DNA of 23,196 bases from Candidatus Heimdallarchaeota archaeon (GTDB taxonomy: Archaea; Asgardarchaeota; Heimdallarchaeia; Hodarchaeales; Hodarchaeaceae). The stretch lies in the NCBI GenBank assembly GCA_048881705.1, contig JBHLSH010000049.1, positions 1 to 23,196 of the forward strand, read 5' to 3'. The notes under the pieces were generated by a model, which saw nothing but the letters and a program-made list of their open reading frames with translations, did not search any database and was not told where the DNA came from. This document shows positions 1-7,882 of the stretch, piece after piece (positions within the stretch are counted from its first letter, which is position 1; each line of letters starts with the position of its first letter). The translations under genes were made by a program, and so were the position numbers.

Positions 1-286
1 GGCGTATATCGGTTACAAGTTTTTCTGGGAAAGACTCCAGTTTGTCAATCTTCTGATTTAGGATGGAAAACCTAAATGGGGGCGGGGTAAGTAAAATCTT
101 TTCAAAGTTCTCCAGCTGAGGTAAAAACGGCGCTCCAAGTACAAATCGTGCTAGCATCCATGATTCTGCAATATTTCTATATTCTGAATACTTTCGGAGG
201 GCCTTTTCTAGTGAAAGATTAGCAGGAGGATAAATTCCCGCATAATCAATACTCTTGTGAAGGAATGAGTAAAGACTGCCCAGCAT
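1..286 (-). CDS. Conserved hypothetical protein of the 'DYAGxxPP' family, 3'-truncated by the window edge; absent from the ORF track
   Basis: Manual translation from ATG at 286 gives MLGSLYSFLHKSIDYAGIYPPANLSLEKALRKYSEYRNIAESWMLARFVLGAPFLPQLENFEKILL..., open to base 1. GGAG lies just upstream and the start is 34 nt after the hmgA stop. The IDYAG-x-x-PPA...WML-x-RFV pattern matches a family I recall beside hmgA/fahA genes in bacteria. Confidence 0.8.
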   Translation of the reverse strand, partial: MLGSLYSFLHKSIDYAGIYPPANLSLEKALRKYSEYRNIAESWMLARFVLGAPFLPQLENFEKILLTPPPFRFSILNQKIDKLESFPEKLVTDIR

Positions 287-320
287 CGCTCCTTCAAACC
301 TGAACTTAAAAGACTCCTAC

Positions 321-1469
321 TTAGCTCATCCACGACTTCCAGTAATCTGGATTGGCAACTCTTCTTCCTTCAGGAGTTAATTCCATGGGATTTTTTGTAT
401 CCAGCATTACCGCATATTCATCTGTCATTGTTTTATCTTGCTTAAACATCTTAGTTAGGGCCTTGGGATGTGGGCCATGCGTAAATCCGCACGGGTGAAA
501 TGTTATCATACCAGAGCTAATATTATCCCTTGAGAAGAAATTGCCATCATGATAAAAGATTATTTCATCATAATCAACATTTGAATGATGAAAAGGAACT
601 TTGATCGCCGATTCTTCGGTTTCAAAGGGCCTGGGGACAAATGAACAGACAACAAAACTCCCCGTCGAACTGAGGAATGTTGTATGTGCTGAAGGAGGTA
701 AATGGTATCTATGGGACATAATCGGGCGAAAATCGTGAATACTTAGTTTCCATGGCGTTACATCTCCTTTCCAACCTACAACATCAATTGGATTATAAGG
801 AAAAGTAAAATCAGTATATTGATCATTACGTTTGACTCGCACAATCCACTCCTTTTTATCAGAGTTAATTATTGGAGCGGGCTCTGGGGTTTCGATAACT
901 GCAGGATCAAATAATGCATTGGGACCTAACATCCCTCTATCAGGTATTTCGATCTCCGATCTAGATTCGATAACCAAAAAATGATTATTTTTAGTTTCAG
1001 GAACAACTCTGTACATGGTTCCCCTCGGAATTACGATATAATCTCCCTGATGGAACTCCAAAGGACCATAAATTGTTTCGAAAGCTCCCTTTCCTTTATG
1101 AACAAACCATAGGTCATCGCCTTCTGAATTGCGAAAATAATATGGCATCGGTTCAGAACGTTTGGAAACTTTCAATTTGACATCCGAATTTTGCATCAGG
1201 ACGATAGGTGTGCTCCACACATCGTTCGAGCCATTAGGTTTCAGAAGGTTTGTATCCAGAAGCTCTGGCTTAAGTGGCCCGTCAATGTTGATCCAACCAG
1301 TTGGAGGATGAATATGGTATAGATGAGAAACTTTCCCAAAGAATCCTTTTCTTCCATGCTCTTCCTCAAAAGTGGTTTTTTCATTATATTTTGGCAAATC
1401 AGCATGTGCTTGTTTGCTAGTTTTACCCCTCACCAAAGGGAATACTGTAGTGAACTTCTTTTCAGGCAT
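321..1469 (-). CDS. hmgA: Homogentisate 1,2-dioxygenase (short prokaryotic type)
   Basis: Motifs GKTSKQAH, EEEHGRKGFFG, FRNSEGDDLWFVHKGKG, HLPPSAHTTF, PFHHSNVDYDEIIFYHDGNF and HPCGFTHGPHP (Fe ligands), plus YAVMLDT. GGTGAGGT ribosome-binding site immediately upstream of the ATG. Confidence 0.95.
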   Translation of the reverse strand: MPEKKFTTVFPLVRGKTSKQAHADLPKYNEKTTFEEEHGRKGFFGKVSHLYHIHPPTGWINIDGPLKPELLDTNLLKPNGSNDVWSTPIVLMQNSDVKLKVSKRSEPMPYYFRNSEGDDLWFVHKGKGAFETIYGPLEFHQGDYIVIPRGTMYRVVPETKNNHFLVIESRSEIEIPDRGMLGPNALFDPAVIETPEPAPIINSDKKEWIVRVKRNDQYTDFTFPYNPIDVVGWKGDVTPWKLSIHDFRPIMSHRYHLPPSAHTTFLSSTGSFVVCSFVPRPFETEESAIKVPFHHSNVDYDEIIFYHDGNFFSRDNISSGMITFHPCGFTHGPHPKALTKMFKQDKTMTDEYAVMLDTKNPMELTPEGRRVANPDYWKSWMS

Positions 1470-1708
1470 AACCTCACCAATTGTTATTTTAAGCTTTGTT
1501 CAAAGTCTATTGGCTCAATAAAGAATGTACGTCCGATTAATAGGCATTCTAAGATGATTTAAAAATATACCATGACCAATTTCGAAAGTCTGCTAATTAC
1601 AGTTTTAAACAACCCAAAAACTGCGTTCATGATGCTAATCTTCTTTCTAAGATCAGGATTTAGAAGATCCAGAGATGTTTGAAACACTTAACAGGATGAT
1701 GGAAAAAA

Positions 1709-2872
1709 GTGAAACAGGCAACAGTTCAACGTGAGGAGACAAAACGGAGGTCAAATCCAGCTGAAAATAGGAAGCAAGCGACTGATATCCTTACTGTTAC
1801 TGATTTTGATGCAATGGAGTTTTGGGTAGGAAATGCAAAACAAAGTGCCTATTATTTCCAACACGGACTCGGCTTCAGACCTATCGCATGGTCATCACTT
1901 AAAACAGGAAATCGTGATTTTGCGAGTTATGTTATGCAACAAGGTGACGCTAAGGTAATTTTATCTGCGCCTTATCATCCAACAAGTGAAATGGCGGCCC
2001 ATCACCTTATGCATGGTGACGGCGTAAGAGTTATCGGGCTTCAAGTCCGTGATTTAGAAGTTGCATGGGAAGAATGTGTTGCTAGAGGTGGTAAAGGGAT
2101 CACAGAACCAACCGAAATTAAGGATGAATACGGAACCGCCCGTTATGCTATTGTACAAACATATGGAGATGTAATCCACAAGTTCATAGAACGCGACGGT
2201 TATGATGGCCCATATCTTCCTGGATATAAACCCATTGAACCCATAATTGAAACTACGATAGCAGGACTCAAACGAATTGATCACGTTGTCGGAAACCAGC
2301 CCTTAGGCAAGATGGATTCAACGATTAAATTTTATCATGATGTTTTCGGTTTTGGCGAATTTATTGAGTTCACGGAGAAAGACATAGCGACAAAATACTC
2401 AGCTCTTCGTTCAAAAGTTGTGAAAAACTTTAACGATAAGGTTAAAATGCCAATAAACGAGCCTGCCGATGGATTACGTATATCTCAGATTGAAGAATAT
2501 GTCAATTACTATCATGGAGCCGGCGTCCAGCATATCGCCTTCTTGACCCATGATATCGTCAGTACGATAGCTAGGATGCGCGATAACGGGGTAGATTTTC
2601 TCCATGTACCGCAGACCTATTATGACACAGTTCTAGATCGGGTGGGTGAAATTGATGAGAATCTGAAAGATTTGGCTAAACATGGAATCTTGGTTGATCG
2701 AGATGAACATGGTTATCTATTACAGCTGTTTAGCAGACCAATTCAGGACCGACCTACATTCTTCTTCGAAGTAATTCAGCGGAAAGGTTCGCAAGGATTC
2801 GGAAAAGGTAATTTCCAAGCTCTTTTCGAATCTCTGGAGCGAGAACAAGAGGAACGTGGAAATCTAGTATAA
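1709..2872 (+). CDS. hppD: 4-hydroxyphenylpyruvate dioxygenase
   Basis: Motifs EFWVGNAKQSAYYF, HGDGV, IDHVVGN, KMPINEP, GVQHIAF, GYLLQLFS, FFEVIQR and GFGKGNFQALFESLEREQEERGNL. GTG start; divergent from hmgA. Confidence 0.97.
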   Translation: MKQATVQREETKRRSNPAENRKQATDILTVTDFDAMEFWVGNAKQSAYYFQHGLGFRPIAWSSLKTGNRDFASYVMQQGDAKVILSAPYHPTSEMAAHHLMHGDGVRVIGLQVRDLEVAWEECVARGGKGITEPTEIKDEYGTARYAIVQTYGDVIHKFIERDGYDGPYLPGYKPIEPIIETTIAGLKRIDHVVGNQPLGKMDSTIKFYHDVFGFGEFIEFTEKDIATKYSALRSKVVKNFNDKVKMPINEPADGLRISQIEEYVNYYHGAGVQHIAFLTHDIVSTIARMRDNGVDFLHVPQTYYDTVLDRVGEIDENLKDLAKHGILVDRDEHGYLLQLFSRPIQDRPTFFFEVIQRKGSQGFGKGNFQALFESLEREQEERGNLV

Positions 2873-3031
2873 GGGGCGGCAAAAGCCAAATTTCTTTCTG
2901 GCAGCTCTTAACTTTAAACAGGGTCAAATTTGGCCCAATTATTCAATCTAATACACAGCACCATTTGAAATAAAAGCGAGAGAACCTAGAAAAGTGGAAG
3001 GAGAGAGAATTTGTTCGAATCTATGGGAACG

Positions 3032-3916
3032 TCAAGAACTACTTCTACCTGGTCGGTTCATCCAGTAGTTCTGACAAAGGGGAAATAAAATGTTTATTGA
3101 AGTCTGGTCTACCCATGAACGTCCATTAAAATAAGCAACGACATATTCAACATAATGAGATATCATACGAAATCCTTGAATATAAGGGAGGAACTGATCC
3201 GGGGGAATTCTGACGCATACCTTGACCGTAACAGGGTTAACTGTCTCCATCTCCACCATAACATCCTCCATTTCTAGCCACGAAAAAAGTGTATCAAAAA
3301 AATGTTCTAAAAATCCAGGATTCCCCCAAATGGCCGGGTTAACATGTTCTATGGTATCTGTTTTTACCATTGAGCCCAATGTAAAATTCATCTGCGCTAA
3401 AAGCGGAAAATGAGAAAGGCTTCCCTTAAGAATTCTAGCAAGGCAGATGGGATGTGTTATTGGGGGTGTAGTGATCAACTGAATAATATCGGAAGCGATC
3501 AGGGTGGAAATTTTTTGCCTATGCGATGCCTGCAATATCCTGCTTAATATCAGGGGTGCCACCTGTTCATCTAACGCGAATGCATATGCTCCTAGACTAA
3601 TGGCCAGACTCGCTGTCCTTAATTCGTGTATTATCGACTCAATCAGGTTTGTTCTGTAACGATAAACAGTGTTTAAACACTGTAGAAAGTTATAACAATC
3701 GTTCAACTTTGTTTGCTTAAGTTCTAGATGCGATCTTTGAAAACTGGATTGCGGTATGGGATCTGTTGAGGGATGAAATCTACCTACCTGTGCGAATGCT
3801 TGAGAGTAAAAGAGTATCGAATTATCTTGAGGAGAAACAATTGCATAGGGATTAAAAGGTTGGTCCCCGATCTGTCCTAGGTCGGGTATCGAACAGGCGC
3901 CTTCTAATCCTTTCAT
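3032..3916 (-). CDS. Degenerate sensor histidine kinase-like protein (short PAS-like start, HisKA H-box, decayed HATPase)
   Basis: IIHELRTASLAI resembles the H-box HELRTPL. IWGNPGFLEHFFDTLF aligns with the N-box region but lacks the Asn. No DxGxG or GxGLGL. The C-terminus (YVEYVVAYFNGRSWV...INILFP) follows the HATPase terminal pattern. Confidence 0.6.
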   Translation of the reverse strand: MKGLEGACSIPDLGQIGDQPFNPYAIVSPQDNSILFYSQAFAQVGRFHPSTDPIPQSSFQRSHLELKQTKLNDCYNFLQCLNTVYRYRTNLIESIIHELRTASLAISLGAYAFALDEQVAPLILSRILQASHRQKISTLIASDIIQLITTPPITHPICLARILKGSLSHFPLLAQMNFTLGSMVKTDTIEHVNPAIWGNPGFLEHFFDTLFSWLEMEDVMVEMETVNPVTVKVCVRIPPDQFLPYIQGFRMISHYVEYVVAYFNGRSWVDQTSINILFPLCQNYWMNRPGRSSS

Positions 3917-3970
3917 GCTACCGCAGCTCTATATTGCATTTTGGGAGTTGTCATATGCAGTTATTATCAT

Positions 3971-4414
3971 TTATTTTTGCCTGAGTGTTGAAATAATTTT
4001 CTCCTTAGCAGGAGAGCTGGTTTTCCCAAGAATTCCATTCTTCTGCAAAATGCTATCTATTTCAAGTGAAAATCCCTCAAAGATTTTGGGTTCCAAGAAA
4101 TCTTGGCGTAGATATTCAGAATATCTATCCAAAAAGTTCGAGTGAATCTTCCTCATTATTGTAGCTATTTTTCGTCTGGATATGGTTCTCTTAGGTGTTA
4201 TTACGGCCAAAACCACACCCTGCTCCGATTCATAGAAGATATTATGGTGATCCATTCGAATTTCGTTGATCGCATCTCCAATGAGGTTTTCTGCAAAACA
4301 TGAAATTGCGGTTAACAACCCGCCAAATAGATCGAGATCCTTCGCATCGTCCCCATATGACCGTGATACTAATCCAAAGCCCGTTTCGTGAATTAAGAGG
4401 ATATTTTGAATCAT
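3971..4414 (-). CDS. Stand-alone longin-domain protein (Asgard eukaryotic-signature type)
   Basis: MIQNILLIHETGFGLVSRSY / DLFGGLLTAISCFAENL / INEIRM / VVLAVIT / KIHSNFLDRY / FEGFSLEIDSIL follow the longin beta-beta-alpha-beta-beta-beta-alpha-alpha pattern. AGGAGA ribosome-binding site upstream. Confidence 0.75.
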   Translation of the reverse strand: MIQNILLIHETGFGLVSRSYGDDAKDLDLFGGLLTAISCFAENLIGDAINEIRMDHHNIFYESEQGVVLAVITPKRTISRRKIATIMRKIHSNFLDRYSEYLRQDFLEPKIFEGFSLEIDSILQKNGILGKTSSPAKEKIISTLRQK

Positions 4415-4566
4415 TCTCCTTCTCCTTGATCAAGGTTTTTCACGGATAAAGTAAATGGGTAATACATATGCGCTTTTTCCTCATTTGTTTTGGATTCCTC
4501 TTTGCAGCTCCTTAATCTCTATTGAACGTACCAATTGGCAATTTCCCGCACCCTTATCAGGGGACA

Positions 4567-4857
4567 TTAAATCTTTTCGCTCCTACCCATATCTTGCATT
4601 AATAAACTGAATAATTTCGGATTGTCAGAACAGTACAAATGCAAAATATCTTCATTACGGTTTTTCTTCATATGGAACGAGTGGCCAGTCGCGAGGGATA
4701 TTAAACTAAGTAAATGCTTAATATAGGGAGGATGATATTCTGTTTTCAGAGTTAACCTAATGGAATCGTCTAAAACTGAAAAATCTTCAAACAGAAATAT
4801 TGGAAGGAGTAGGAGTTGAATACCTACATCCTCGAAAATTTCAGTTGGTTTCCACAT
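4567..4857 (-). CDS. Hypothetical protein, 96 aa
   Basis: ATG-started ORF filling the gap between co-oriented genes; no recognisable motif. Confidence 0.55.
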   Translation of the reverse strand: MWKPTEIFEDVGIQLLLLPIFLFEDFSVLDDSIRLTLKTEYHPPYIKHLLSLISLATGHSFHMKKNRNEDILHLYCSDNPKLFSLLMQDMGRSEKI

Positions 4858-4893
4858 AGTATCGGCTCTACATCCTGATGGGATACTTGGATC

Positions 4894-5028
4894 CTAGGCA
4901 CCGCCTGGATTATCTCCAGGCGGAGCTGTACTTGCAATAACGCTGATAAGAAGAAGTGAAATCCAGATTATTAACGGTACAGCTTGTATTAACCTGTGAC
5001 GACTGGGAAAGTATTGTTTTATGTTCAT
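4894..5028 (-). CDS. 44-aa secreted-peptide precursor or single-pass micro-protein (start corrected from the track's 5091)
   Basis: MNIKQYFPSRHRLIQAVPLIIWISLLLISVIASTAPPGDNPGGA. The ATG at 5028 is preceded by GGAGGTG (5034-5040) and a TATA-like CTATATAA (5057-5064). It has a basic n-region, hydrophobic h-region, V-x-A site and a polar Pro/Gly tail. Confidence 0.75.
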   Translation of the reverse strand: MNIKQYFPSRHRLIQAVPLIIWISLLLISVIASTAPPGDNPGGA

Positions 5029-5033
5029 TAAAA

Positions 5034-5064
5034 CACCTCCCCTTAATCGATCAAGGTTATATAG
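5034..5064 (-). promoter_or_regulatory. TATA-like box and Shine-Dalgarno site for the 44-aa peptide gene
   Basis: The minus strand reads TTTTTCTATATAACCTTGATCGATTAAGGGGAGGTGTTTTAATG, with archaeal TATA spacing and a strong anti-SD match. Confidence 0.6.
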
Positions 5065-5084
5065 AAAAATTAGTAACGAAAACC

Positions 5085-5166
5085 ATTTCACAACTTTTTA
5101 GGAAAACATGGTGAAATCATAAAGTGGCATAACTTTGAATGGTCAGCTATGGATATCACAACTTTT
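5085..5166. promoter_or_regulatory. Candidate operator array in the divergent promoter region
   Basis: TCACAACTTTT is exact at 5088-5098 and 5156-5166, with a degenerate CATAACTTT at 5128-5136. Inverted pair ATTTCAC (5085-5091) / GTGAAAT (5111-5117). Palindrome AAAGT-N6-ACTTT at 5121-5136. Confidence 0.45.
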
Positions 5167-5231
5167 AAATTGTATGGCCCTTCTTAGAGTGTAGTGCTCT
5201 TTGTTTAGCAGAAATGTGCGGCGATTAGCTG

Positions 5232-6710
5232 ATGTTTCAGCAGCAACCTATTTACATTAGAAAAAGAAAGGACTCAGAGAGTATAATCGAATATGAGCTC
5301 TTCTTCAAAGATCTAATAGACTACCTGGAGACCATAAGGCGTTTTATTCCAAAAGATGTCAACGAGATAAATTTGGTATGCAAAAGGTTGTATACAGATT
5401 ATACAAAACCTTTTTACAGTAAATGGGCAAATTTAAACCTTATTACCTGGAATTCTGAGTATGAGCAAAATTATCATTCATTTTTGCTGGAATACCTAAG
5501 TACAAAAATTCTCCTACCCCATAGATTTCTGATTTATTTGAATTTACAGCCTGAAACGGGCATTATAGATGAACTAAAAAAAGCCAAAAGTCCCAATTCG
5601 TTTTTCTTCATACTCAACAAGATTCAACGCGTACTAAACCTACCTTTATTGAGAAACGATGTAAGAATCATTGAGACGTTGACGAATCAACTTATAAAGG
5701 ATAAGATCCCTGTTTTTCCTTCAAATCGTCAGTTGGCTCGATTAATTCGCTGCAGCGAAAATACCATCTCGCGTAGGATTAATTTTTTAACCAATAGGGC
5801 TATGTTTACGCAAAAATACAGAGTCGATTTAGCTAAACTTGGTTATAATAGTTTCGCAATTATACACAAAGAACAGTTCGAAAATCTCCCTCCTTCGATC
5901 GAACCATTCTGTTTAGCAGATATTCCCATTGATTGGGGCGAGAGGGTTGCAAAGATTAAGATTTTTCAGATTCCTTATACAAAAAAAATACTATTAAGTG
6001 GTATAAGGGAATTTTATAGACCTGTTTATGAAATTACGCTCACCAAAAGCTATCTAGGGTGGAATTTGAGCGGACTCAAACCTGTTATCGCTGATCGCTG
6101 GAAAATTTATCCACCCATTTTTAATGGGGAACAATGGAGTGATATAGTTCTTTCACAATATAATGGTATTGAACAGAACCTATTTAATGATCTAACAGCC
6201 ATTAGGATTTCAAAAGTTCAAGCCAAAATGTTGGATCTTCTCCAAATAGAAGCACTAACCAACAAACATATTAGTAAAACCCTCGGTTTAACCCCAAAGT
6301 ATGTTCAAGAGTATTTTGAGCTATTCATAGAAAAAGAGTTGATCTCTCGGTTTTTACAGATTGGACATATGGGGCTTGATTCGAAGGTTTGGATCACTCT
6401 GATTGGATCAGAAGGGAATAATGACTATAACTTACTTACTAACATTGTGGAACATCTAAAATTCTTTCCGTTTAGCTGGCTGTTTTATAATGAAAACAAA
6501 ATGGATGCCGGAACCCGACCATTGTTGGCAGGACTTCTTTGGTTTCCATCTTCTTGGTTTGTTGATTTTTATGGGATTTGGATCCAATTGATCAATCACG
6601 GATTCATCCCAAAAGTTAATATGAGACAAGGGGTTATTAAATGGAATATCGAAATTGGGAAAACTTATGACTTTGCCAACACAAATCATTGGCTAGTAAC
6701 CAACAGGTAG
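5232..6710 (+). CDS. Large transcriptional regulator with two Lrp/AsnC-like wHTH + effector modules and an uncharacterised N-terminal region
   Basis: HTH1 PSNRQLARLIRCSENTISRRINFL...YRVDLAKLGY; HTH2 KMLDLLQIEALTNKHISKTLGLTPKYVQEYFELFIEKELI...IGHMGL. Confidence 0.75.
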   Translation: MFQQQPIYIRKRKDSESIIEYELFFKDLIDYLETIRRFIPKDVNEINLVCKRLYTDYTKPFYSKWANLNLITWNSEYEQNYHSFLLEYLSTKILLPHRFLIYLNLQPETGIIDELKKAKSPNSFFFILNKIQRVLNLPLLRNDVRIIETLTNQLIKDKIPVFPSNRQLARLIRCSENTISRRINFLTNRAMFTQKYRVDLAKLGYNSFAIIHKEQFENLPPSIEPFCLADIPIDWGERVAKIKIFQIPYTKKILLSGIREFYRPVYEITLTKSYLGWNLSGLKPVIADRWKIYPPIFNGEQWSDIVLSQYNGIEQNLFNDLTAIRISKVQAKMLDLLQIEALTNKHISKTLGLTPKYVQEYFELFIEKELISRFLQIGHMGLDSKVWITLIGSEGNNDYNLLTNIVEHLKFFPFSWLFYNENKMDAGTRPLLAGLLWFPSSWFVDFYGIWIQLINHGFIPKVNMRQGVIKWNIEIGKTYDFANTNHWLVTNR

Positions 6711-6752
6711 ATACATTTCAGATCTTTGATGCCTATATAGAACACTTTAAAA

Positions 6753-7709
6753 TTGGCGCAAAAAACAGGGTTATTAAATACCATATCAGCGGTTATACCA
6801 CAGGATAGGAGTAAAAAATGTGGGATCGTCTTCCTGAATCATCCATCTGACCAGTCAAAAAAACATTCTGGTATAGCGCTGAAACGCACACACTTCTCTT
6901 CTTTTGAAAGCTTTCTAAGTGCGGTTCAGTTGTCCGATCGGTATCATCAGTATGTCTTCATAGATTACGAGGGAAGAAGCAACCTTCTATCTGCTGAAGA
7001 ATTAAAGAGTATCCTCCAGAATATGGAAAACACCTTGGTGCTTACCGTTGCAGCAAGGGATGAGTACTTCTACTCAGATAACGGGCTGTTTGAATACCTT
7101 AATCTGATCCAGGCATTCTCGAATCTGAGCTTCTGCATTGTGGCAGGGCACCCAGCCTACGATACGATAAACAGAAGAATTCCACTACAAAACGCCTTCT
7201 ACAAGATATTTACACAAGTTAGACAACATTTCCACGCGGAATTATACTTAGGCGCAGAGAATCTGTCATCTCCACTAATACATAACATTCAAACTGTGTT
7301 TGGAAGAGTGACCCCGTTCTATCTTCACGGTGACGACCGAGTGTACAAACGAAACGGGAATGGGGACAGCAATGGAAATCAAATTGCAATATATTCCCCG
7401 ATCGCCCACACATTAAGTGAATCGGATGTACTAAAGACTCAAAAGGTAATAAATTATTTATTGCGTCGCAAATTGGTACAACAGTCATTAAATGAACTAA
7501 AGAAGGATCAAGGTGAAGGTAACGGCAAATCTTACAAGGAAATTGAGCAGCAAGTATTGAGGAGACACATTCGAGAATATATCCTCACATCAGAGAATCT
7601 TCGTTCAAAAATTCATCTTCTTCGCCAACGAGGTGCCACATTGGTTGTTGGCAATCCTGTTATTCCGGAGATGACAGCCAACTTAATCAAAGAATTCTCC
7701 GTTGTTTGA
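6753..7709 (+). CDS. Conserved archaeal luciferase-like TIM-barrel protein
   Basis: Motif series IALK / IDYEGR / IVAGHPAY / LGAEN / IAIYSP / REYIL / LRQRGATLVVGNP resembles an uncharacterised haloarchaeal/methanogen family recalled from memory. TTG start. Confidence 0.55.
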   Translation: MAQKTGLLNTISAVIPQDRSKKCGIVFLNHPSDQSKKHSGIALKRTHFSSFESFLSAVQLSDRYHQYVFIDYEGRSNLLSAEELKSILQNMENTLVLTVAARDEYFYSDNGLFEYLNLIQAFSNLSFCIVAGHPAYDTINRRIPLQNAFYKIFTQVRQHFHAELYLGAENLSSPLIHNIQTVFGRVTPFYLHGDDRVYKRNGNGDSNGNQIAIYSPIAHTLSESDVLKTQKVINYLLRRKLVQQSLNELKKDQGEGNGKSYKEIEQQVLRRHIREYILTSENLRSKIHLLRQRGATLVVGNPVIPEMTANLIKEFSVV

Positions 7710-7882
7710 TTTGATGAGCTTATATCAATTGGAGAGATGTTATATCCCTCCTCCCCTTTTCTTATACCGTGAAAAAGACGGGGTGATATCAAATTGCAGG
7801 TCATTCAAGTACAACGCGAACACCGTATTTTGCAGTAACCACCACTCATTTTAAAGATAGGAATCTATAATCTTCGAGAACC

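Noticed and set aside
1600-1686. CAGTTTT-N10-AAAACTG (1600-1623) and TGTTT-G-AAACA (1676-1686) inverted repeats between hmgA and hppD
   Set aside because: Short arms in AT-rich DNA are expected by chance, and no regulator is linked.
5029-5091. Track's 21-codon N-terminal extension of the peptide ORF (65 aa)
   Set aside because: The extension spans the TATA box and the GGAGGTG RBS that point to the ATG at 5028.
5086-5097. TTTCACAACTTT matches TTTCATAACTTT (minus strand 21590-21601) at 11 of 12 positions, hinting at a shared regulator
   Set aside because: A low-complexity AT-rich 12-mer found after the fact; it cannot be distinguished from chance without a genome-wide test.
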